Below, one piece after another: positions 57,823 through 64,000 of a stretch of DNA of 64,000 bases. Position numbers and translations under genes: made by a program. The DNA lies in the IMG/VR virus record IMGVR_UViG_3300032293_000766, positions 71,212-135,211 of that record, one strand, 5' to 3'. Under the pieces are notes generated by a model that had not been told where the DNA came from, did not search any database, and saw only the letters and a list, made by a program, of their open reading frames with translations. Each line of letters opens with the position of its first letter. The stretch's first letter is position 1. This DNA comes from a virus.

Positions 57823-59943
57823 TTATGCTTCTACCAGTTTATTGCTTTCTTCTACCATATCAATATACTCTGCAACAACCCTCTGTTGCTCATCAGACCA
57901 AAGGGTACTCAAGACATTTCCAGAGAGTAGTGGATACTTTGAAATTTCTTTGTTAAGAGGATTCTCAAAACGTGCCTTGTAGTTAACATTTGGGTTTGAA
58001 GAGTGCATGTCCATCCCGAAAGATCGACATACGCTGAATACATTCTCGCACCTATCGCTCATCTTGTCAATAGACTTTTTGTATTCCTCGTATTCAGCAA
58101 AAATTTCTTTAGCTTTATTGTAGCTTTTAGTTTTATTGAAAACTTCCTTCCATTTGTAACCATAACCAATCTGGTCTTGATGCCTAATCTTATTGATGTC
58201 ATCAGCGTAATAATCACCGATCTCTTTAATAAGTTCAAACAGGTGGTTTTCTGATAGCCAGTTATGACGCTCATCCAACTTCCTAGTTTTAATCTGAGAT
58301 GGAGTTAAGAAGTAAAACGTCTTATCTGTATCAAGATCTTCATGGATATATCCAATGATATTAGCAATTTGGTCCATTTCAAATACCCTTCCATGAATAT
58401 GGCACTGACCCTTCTTAGTTGGGATGTATACAGCATTCTCAACCTTAACGCTCATTTTATCACTAACAATAGAGCCGGTTTCTTGGTCATAGTAGTTTAC
58501 TTCTGAATAATCAACACTAGAGCCAGATCCACCCCCACTATTATTACGCTTAACCTTTGGCAAAGATTCTGTAAAAACTACATCATCTTTAGTTGCGTTT
58601 CCAAGAACAGTAAGAAAGCTATTGTTTTCTACAGTTTCGTTGGAACCAAGCGCATAGATGTATGCCGTATAACTATTAGAACCATAGTTTTCCTTTAGGT
58701 CTTGCCTAATTCTACCCATTCCACCGCGAGTGCAGTTATCAATATAAAACTTGATGGACTTATTCATAGCAATATCTTTGATATCTTTATTAGTCTCTGA
58801 CTTAGAACGATATCCAGACTTATGAATTTGCTTGATTCCCATAGATTCAGTTTTAATCTTATTGCCAACCATTGAATCAAAAATCTTTTGACCGTTCCAT
58901 TCAATAGCATTATTGAGGCTATCCATCGCAGACTTGACTGACGCACACTGACTCTCAATATCTAGAAATTTCTTCCTAGCAAGATAAAGAGTGGGTTGAA
59001 GCTTAATTGCATCCTCAACAGTTGTCTTGATATCATCGATGACTTTGCTCAACAGATTTCTAATATTCTTTTTGGTATCTGGGGTATATGACAAAGATTC
59101 ACGACTAGGAGTAATATCTACATCCCCAATATTTACATACAGCCTAAGCCCGCTAGACTTCCAAAGGAAATCGCCAACCTTGTCATCTTCACTATAACGC
59201 GAAGAGATACTATCATTATTGATGGGATAAGCAATCTGTCCCATGATGATTTTGTTTGAGTGATCACCAGTATTAAACTCCCACGTATTATCATTTGACC
59301 TCAAGAGAGTTTCTTCGTCACCGTAATATATCTCATTATTACCGGTAAGCATTGGCCTAACTTTAAAGTATTGGAAAACATTCTCAGCTTCTTCCTGAAA
59401 TGTATCCATATCATCTACCTTAACTGGCATAGAAACCTTAATACCATTAGGCTCGTTGGTTTCTACGGTATCCATAAGTGAGAAAGTCGGGTTGCCATTG
59501 TTATCACGATGTGCTGAGTATATACGCTTTGTATTGTTAAAATAAGCCTCAACAGTAAAGCTATCTGTATAAGCAAACGGTGCCTTACTACCTAGTCCAA
59601 GGCAACCAACAGACTCATTGTTATTGTTTCGCGTACTGCGAAAATATGTTGTATAGAGAGTCATGCAGTCTTCGTGGCACATGCTAGTGCCAAAGTCACG
59701 CACATGAAAATGTGGCTCAAGGCGAGTGGGAAGATGCACTTCAAAAGGCTTATCTACGCACTTGGCATCGACATGAGAATCGTAGGCATTGGTAGACAAT
59801 TCTCGCACAACGGCAAGAATTTTATTAGAATAAAGTCCATCAGACAGAATCATAAAAGCTTTAGCTGACGCCTCAATGCTAAAACGATTCTCTTCAAAAT
59901 TTTCAGACTTTTCAACAGTATGTGTACCAGTATGCAACTTCAT
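57823..59943 (-). CDS. rIIA: RIIA-like protein (GHKL ATPase N-terminus)
   Basis: LYSNKILAVVRELSTNAYDSH, VRDFGT, GCLGLGSKAPFAYTD, ITPSRESLSY. Confidence 0.9.
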   Translation of the reverse strand: MKLHTGTHTVEKSENFEENRFSIEASAKAFMILSDGLYSNKILAVVRELSTNAYDSHVDAKCVDKPFEVHLPTRLEPHFHVRDFGTSMCHEDCMTLYTTYFRSTRNNNNESVGCLGLGSKAPFAYTDSFTVEAYFNNTKRIYSAHRDNNGNPTFSLMDTVETNEPNGIKVSMPVKVDDMDTFQEEAENVFQYFKVRPMLTGNNEIYYGDEETLLRSNDNTWEFNTGDHSNKIIMGQIAYPINNDSISSRYSEDDKVGDFLWKSSGLRLYVNIGDVDITPSRESLSYTPDTKKNIRNLLSKVIDDIKTTVEDAIKLQPTLYLARKKFLDIESQCASVKSAMDSLNNAIEWNGQKIFDSMVGNKIKTESMGIKQIHKSGYRSKSETNKDIKDIAMNKSIKFYIDNCTRGGMGRIRQDLKENYGSNSYTAYIYALGSNETVENNSFLTVLGNATKDDVVFTESLPKVKRNNSGGGSGSSVDYSEVNYYDQETGSIVSDKMSVKVENAVYIPTKKGQCHIHGRVFEMDQIANIIGYIHEDLDTDKTFYFLTPSQIKTRKLDERHNWLSENHLFELIKEIGDYYADDINKIRHQDQIGYGYKWKEVFNKTKSYNKAKEIFAEYEEYKKSIDKMSDRCENVFSVCRSFGMDMHSSNPNVNYKARFENPLNKEISKYPLLSGNVLSTLWSDEQQRVVAEYIDMVEESNKLVEA

Positions 59944-59987
59944 TTGGCTTAATCTCCTTTAAATGCTTTTTCAAAACTTCTTCTTCA

Positions 59988-60016
59988 AGTATACATCACT
60001 TATCGTCATCTGTCAA
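59988..60016 (-). promoter_or_regulatory. sigma-70 consensus early promoter of rIIA
   Basis: TTGACA-17 nt (GATGACGATAAGTGATG)-TATACT upstream of an AAGGAG RBS. Confidence 0.8.
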
Positions 60017-60394
60017 GCGGAACTTTGGATTTTTTTTATCAGCACTTGGGCGATCTATAAATCTAGTGCAATCAATCTTTAAAGCCTCATCGTCGCCATC
60101 TAAATATATTTTGATTGGTCTTTCTAAGAACTCTTCACTTCCTGATTCACAAAACTCTTCCCACTTATCTTCAAAATATTCAAAAAGATATCTATCATCT
60201 TTTGTGCTAAATTCAAATGATACATAACTTGAGTCATCATTAAGCCAGACGTTAATGTGGCTATTTTTAATTTCTATTTGTTCTAAAGAGCAATTAAACG
60301 CTCTGCAAAGAGCTATTTCTGACGGTGTGAGAGAATTATGTTTTATAGCTTTGATAATGTCGTTTTCTGTTATGTTAACCTCAATCATCGCCAA
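59996..60394 (-). CDS. hypothetical protein
   Basis: 132 aa, acidic, coupled to thyX. Confidence 0.55.
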   Translation of the reverse strand: MAMIEVNITENDIIKAIKHNSLTPSEIALCRAFNCSLEQIEIKNSHINVWLNDDSSYVSFEFSTKDDRYLFEYFEDKWEEFCESGSEEFLERPIKIYLDGDDEALKIDCTRFIDRPSADKKNPKFRLTDDDK

Positions 60395-61023
60395 TCAAGA
60401 GCCTCCGAAATAATAGGTAAATGTTCTATGAAAATGTCCTTACAAGCATTTGCTATATCCATATGTTCTTTCTGTGTACCATGAGAACTTCTTAATTCAA
60501 TCCAATGTATAAAAGATCTAATACTAGCACTCATATACATTTTTGTGGGAGTTGCTAGAGGTAAAACAAATCTAGCACTTTCTTTAGCAATGCCGTCCTT
60601 CAACATGCCATCATATAAAGCTTTGCTTTTTGCAAAGTGTTCGCGTACTTGTGTATTCCATTTCACTTTTATTTCATCGCTTATATCATCAATACTGTTT
60701 TGTCTATTTTTATTGTCTTGTCTACGTAATTCAAAGAGGGGAATATCTTCATTAAGTAAGCTTGTGTCTGCATATCTTTGACTAAACTCTTGAAAGTTAC
60801 AACTTTTATGTCTTAGAATTTGAGCCGCTATGCCCCTTGTAGTAATAATCTCTACTGTCATAAAGGCTTGCTCAAATATGCTCCAATGCTTATTTTTTAT
60901 ACAGTATGCAATTAATTTAGCATAGTTTTCACTTTCCTGATTGCTAGGATTAGATACTCTAGCACAATACGCTATTAATTTTTCTGCATCTGGAGTGATG
61001 CTAATAAATTTTACTGAATTCAT
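60385..61023 (-). CDS. thyX: flavin-dependent thymidylate synthase
   Basis: ARVSNP, HWSIFE, QILRHKS...FQEFSQRY, ESARFVLP, TQKEH. Confidence 0.95.
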   Translation of the reverse strand: MNSVKFISITPDAEKLIAYCARVSNPSNQESENYAKLIAYCIKNKHWSIFEQAFMTVEIITTRGIAAQILRHKSCNFQEFSQRYADTSLLNEDIPLFELRRQDNKNRQNSIDDISDEIKVKWNTQVREHFAKSKALYDGMLKDGIAKESARFVLPLATPTKMYMSASIRSFIHWIELRSSHGTQKEHMDIANACKDIFIEHLPIISEALDWR

Positions 61024-61781
61024 TGTTCAACTTTTTCTAATATTGCAATTAACTTGTTAATCCAATCGATATGTAAACTAATTCTTGTATGCCCAGAGCC
61101 ATCTAGTAAATTTGAATCTAATTTACCATTTTTTTCTTTAGTCCATACAATTGAATTAATTCCCGCTAGCTTTTTGTTGATAAACAACCCACCGCCACTA
61201 TCGCCAATTGATGCTAAAAGTTCTAAATTAGTTTTTTGATTAGAGAGTGTGCAAAATAGCATATCATCAGATATTTCTTCGACTATATTTGCTCCCGCTC
61301 TCTTCTTGCCGTCATAGGATATTATACCTTTGTCATACGTTCCGTTCATACCAAATCCTGCAATGCTACAAACTTTTCCTAACTCATCATCATTATTATA
61401 TAGTTCTGGGAAAAAATCAAGATCACAGGGTTCTTTCAATAAGCATACAGCGATGTCAAATTTACTGATATTGTTTTCATCAAACGCATTTGGATAAACA
61501 GCACATTCAATCTTTATGTCTTTATCTTTAAATTTTATGAATGAATCAGATGTATCTTTGATTACATGTGCCGCCGTAAGAATTATCTTTGGTCTAATTA
61601 CTACAGCAGAAGCAAAGAAAGTTTGGTCTTTTTTTGTTTTGCCAAAAATAGAAACTACACACTCATGCTTTGATCCATATTCTATATATTTTTGATCACT
61701 GACATTAGGGTCTATTGTACCAGCAATTAACGATGTTGTCAATATAGCAAATAAAGCTATAGAAAAAATTACCTTTACCAT
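61020..61781 (-). CDS. secreted trypsin-like (S1) serine protease
   Basis: Signal peptide; LTAAHV, DIAV, GDSGGGL catalytic-triad motifs. Confidence 0.9.
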   Translation of the reverse strand: MVKVIFSIALFAILTTSLIAGTIDPNVSDQKYIEYGSKHECVVSIFGKTKKDQTFFASAVVIRPKIILTAAHVIKDTSDSFIKFKDKDIKIECAVYPNAFDENNISKFDIAVCLLKEPCDLDFFPELYNNDDELGKVCSIAGFGMNGTYDKGIISYDGKKRAGANIVEEISDDMLFCTLSNQKTNLELLASIGDSGGGLFINKKLAGINSIVWTKEKNGKLDSNLLDGSGHTRISLHIDWINKLIAILEKVEQ

Positions 61782-62115
61782 ATGACGCCTCAATATCTTG
61801 TGGCTGAAATTGTTCTAGATATGATTTTTCTTTGATCTTTGCTAAATATTGTTCAGCATCTTCTTTAATGTTTGGATTATAACTTTTCCAATCCATTAAA
61901 TGACCAAAAACAAAATGGCAATGATCCCCGCAAAGAGTAATTAGATTATTTATGTCTAATTCTTTGGTTTTATCTATCTTATATGGAACAATATGATGAA
62001 CTTCTAAGTTTTTAGTTTTTCCGCAAGCTGCGCACTTGGGATACTTTCTTATGTGTTCATTCCTAACTTTATTCCAAGAAGGTGATCTGCCAAAATTGTC
62101 TAAAAATCTAAACAT
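61705..62115 (-). CDS. HNH endonuclease
   Basis: CAACG...EVHHIVP...NLITLC...CHFVFGH. Confidence 0.85.
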   Translation of the reverse strand: MFRFLDNFGRSPSWNKVRNEHIRKYPKCAACGKTKNLEVHHIVPYKIDKTKELDINNLITLCGDHCHFVFGHLMDWKSYNPNIKEDAEQYLAKIKEKSYLEQFQPQDIEASYGKGNFFYSFICYIDNIVNCWYNRP

Positions 62116-62140
62116 ACAAATGCTTAACTAGAAGTCCTTA

Positions 62141-62150
62141 TAATATACAC
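62141..62150 (-). promoter_or_regulatory. putative late-promoter motif GTGTATATTA
   Basis: Intergenic, between the tmRNA 3' end and the HNH gene. Confidence 0.45.
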
Positions 62151-62159
62151 AAAATAGAG

Positions 62160-62509
62160 TGGAGGCGGCGAGAGTCGAACTCGCGTCCAGAATAAACATC
62201 AATATAAACGTCTACATTATTAGTTAGTTGTTATCGCACATCTAACAAAACTAACAGAATTATCTGTGTCAGATTGAGTACAATCATCATCCCCATTTAT
62301 GTCTGGTGAGGCTACCGTATCCGAATATCGGAGTCAGCATGATTTGGTAATAAGGCTCATGCCGCCCCACTCATTACCTAATTAATTAGGCAGCGAGAGC
62401 GAGAGTTACTTCGCCAATTAACATTTTTAATCGACTTTTATACTGGCCGGTCGATCAACCAGTTAATGCAGTTTATATCTATTTTACCTGTCGAAACCTT
62501 TACGCCCCC
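62160..62509 (-). ncRNA. ssrA: tmRNA (one-piece), tag (A)GEVTLALAA
   Basis: 5' GGGGGCGTAAAGGTTTCGAC; 3' GGACGCGAGTTCGACTCTCGCCGCCTCCA with G3:U pair; pk1 ACTGG/CCAGT + TGATCGA/TCGATTA; tag ORF at 62386-62415. Confidence 0.95.
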
Positions 62510-62514
62510 GTTAC

Positions 62515-62865
62515 TTATTTGAGGAAATTCAATAAATCTTTTGGTCCATTGTATCCAATCTTAGTGGATGTTTGACCTTGATATCGTTTGATTATTGTTG
62601 GTAGGCTTTTGACTTTATATCCTTCTACTAACTCTTTATCTCTATCAAAATCTACGATAATAACGTCATAATTTTTAATGATTTCTGAAATTTCTGGATC
62701 GTTATTGATGTTATCTTTTAATTTCTGACAATAACCACACCAATCAGCTGAAAAAATGATAAGGGTTTTTTGATTTTTTGACTGTTCATCGGCAAAACAA
62801 AGTAAAGAAACTATTGACATTAAGGCTGAAATTAGTAATATATTGGCTAAACTATTTTTTATCAT
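62515..62865 (-). CDS. exported thioredoxin-like protein
   Basis: Signal peptide; FSADWCGYC; SLPT. Confidence 0.85.
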   Translation of the reverse strand: MIKNSLANILLISALMSIVSLLCFADEQSKNQKTLIIFSADWCGYCQKLKDNINNDPEISEIIKNYDVIIVDFDRDKELVEGYKVKSLPTIIKRYQGQTSTKIGYNGPKDLLNFLK

Positions 62866-62892
62866 AGCTATCTCCTTATGATGAAGCTATAA

Positions 62893-62902
62893 TATTATAC
62901 AC
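62893..62902 (-). promoter_or_regulatory. putative late-promoter motif GTGTATAATA
   Basis: Identical 10-mer to 14285-14294; intergenic, upstream of an AAGGAG RBS. Confidence 0.5.
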
Positions 62903-63280
62903 CTAGAGATTAGTATCAATAATAAAATGAATTTCTCTATGACAATTAGCACAAAGTAAATCACACTTATCTAATTCTTTACAGATCATTTCTTTGTTTT
63001 TTTCAAAAGATGTCATTTTTATGTGAGAAAATGTAAAGTTCTTTTTTTCTGGATTTCTATGATGTAAATCTAGTGCCGCTATACATTTATCGTATCCGCA
63101 TTTATTACATTTGCCACCCTTATGATCAACCAATCTTTGTTTAAATTTCCTTAATCTTTCAACCGTGTTTTTACTGTTGCAAGGCTTGCAATATGACTGT
63201 ATTTTACCTTTTCTAATGCCATTTTTAACAGTATAGAATTCATCTAACGGTTTATCTTCATCGCATCTAGCACATTTCAT
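62903..63280 (-). CDS. HNH homing-type endonuclease
   Basis: CARC...CKPC; KGGKCNKCGY...LDLHH...ELDKCDLLCANCHREIH. Confidence 0.85.
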   Translation of the reverse strand: MKCARCDEDKPLDEFYTVKNGIRKGKIQSYCKPCNSKNTVERLRKFKQRLVDHKGGKCNKCGYDKCIAALDLHHRNPEKKNFTFSHIKMTSFEKNKEMICKELDKCDLLCANCHREIHFIIDTNL

Positions 63281-63320
63281 CGCTTATTCCTTATGGATAG
63301 AGAATATTTATCTATCCATG

Positions 63321-63327
63321 TATACAC
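63321..63327 (-). promoter_or_regulatory. putative late-promoter motif GTGTATA
   Basis: Intergenic, between the tRNA and the HNH gene, followed by a 9-bp hairpin. Confidence 0.4.
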
Positions 63328-63341
63328 AAAATAATAAAAAG

Positions 63342-63415
63342 TACCCCAAACAGGACTCCAACCTGTAACCTAATCATTAGAAGTGATTTGCTCTATGCAA
63401 TTGAGCTATTGGGGC
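63342..63415 (-). tRNA. tRNA-Arg (anticodon UCU), CCA not encoded
   Basis: GCCCCAA-TA-GCTC AATTGCATA GAGC-A-AATCA CTTCTAA TGATT-AGGTT-ACAGG TTGGAGT CCTGT-TTGGGGT-A cloverleaf. Confidence 0.92.
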
Positions 63416-63438
63416 ATAGTTTTTTGCTTTTTATTTAA

Positions 63439-63645
63439 TCAAACAAATCCTATCTTGGTCTTTTTAGCCGTAATTACTTCAATTTCATTAGCGTGAAACC
63501 ATCGCGTGTCATAAGATCGCCCATTCCACCAGCCACATTCGTATGTTATATTGCTATCACCATTTATGGCAATTCCAATTATACTACCCTCAACGTCCTC
63601 TGTCAACTTAACCTTACTACCAATGTTATATACTTCAAGTTTCAT
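63439..63645 (-). CDS. small SH3-like hypothetical protein
   Basis: YNIGSKVKL...YECGWW...WFHANEI. Confidence 0.6.
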   Translation of the reverse strand: MKLEVYNIGSKVKLTEDVEGSIIGIAINGDSNITYECGWWNGRSYDTRWFHANEIEVITAKKTKIGFV

Positions 63646-63913
63646 AACGATGTCCTTTTCTATATGCGTAAAGTGGAACTACCTCTTGTGTGTTAATGTA
63701 TGGATTTAAACAAAGTCTAGGGTCATACAAGTCGCCACGATTGTTGATTCTAGCCCATGCTACTGGCTTGTCAAGCTGCTTATGTAGATCATCGACTTCT
63801 TCACGCAATTTCTTTAATTGATCTTTTGCGTTTTGAACTGTAAACAATTTAGGAGTTAAACCCTGTTCAGCACACTTCAATATATAATCAAGCGGATTAG
63901 CATTCTCTTGCAT
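63635..63913 (-). CDS. hypothetical protein
   Basis: 92 aa; KPVAW...VVPLY motif common in phage accessory proteins. Confidence 0.6.
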   Translation of the reverse strand: MQENANPLDYILKCAEQGLTPKLFTVQNAKDQLKKLREEVDDLHKQLDKPVAWARINNRGDLYDPRLCLNPYINTQEVVPLYAYRKGHRYET

Positions 63914-63919
63914 TTTTAA

Positions 63920-64000
63920 TTAACTCGCTACTATTTCAATTGTATAATTTTTGCAATTGTCAATAATATCTTGTACAACTGATACGTCTATGTATTCACC
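63920..64000 (-). CDS. 3' end of a gene running off the window
   Basis: Open frame GEYIDVSVVQDIIDNCKNYTIEIVAS-stop. Confidence 0.5.
   Translation of the reverse strand, partial: GEYIDVSVVQDIIDNCKNYTIEIVAS

Noticed and set aside
15729-63696. Numerous short + strand ORFs opposite the - strand genes
   Set aside because: Antisense shadows of well-supported genes, with no motifs or RBS.
1-64000. Stop-codon reassignment
   Set aside because: Conserved enzymes are full length in code 11, and TAA, TAG and TGA all end genes at tight junctions.
1-64000. Specific host assignment (e.g. Planctomycetota/PVC)
   Set aside because: Only indirect hints (protease-type lysis-like cassette, GC-to-AT enzymes); not supportable without searches.

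Overview
AT-rich (roughly one-third GC by eye), gene-dense segment of a large lytic tailed-phage genome using the standard genetic code. Positions 1-15045 (+) hold an operon of large, mostly uncharacterised virion-type proteins (FG-GAP propeller protein, Pro-repeat protein, 1600-aa and 1317-aa proteins) ending at a convergent hairpin. Positions 15099-64000 (-) carry a cluster of about 9 glycosyltransferase-related genes; a DnaE polymerase split into two genes around dnaQ and an EndoVII-type nuclease; primase, DnaB, RecA, PhoH, dUTPase, NrdAB, ThyX, GMP reductase, dCMP deaminase and rIIA/rIIB; a sigma factor; a membrane/lysis-like cluster with a papain-type protease and a TM-PAS protein; a tmRNA and a tRNA-Arg(UCU). 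The best candidate for a new system is Ser-Gly-sequon-directed virion O-glycosylation (strong SG enrichment in virion-type proteins next to the GT cluster). Other highlights are the intein-less split DnaE, the PAS-containing lysis-like cassette, a compensatory C19:G56 tRNA elbow swap, a membrane-anchored RuvA-C domain and two classes of promoter motif. All family calls come from motif recognition by eye; no searches were run.
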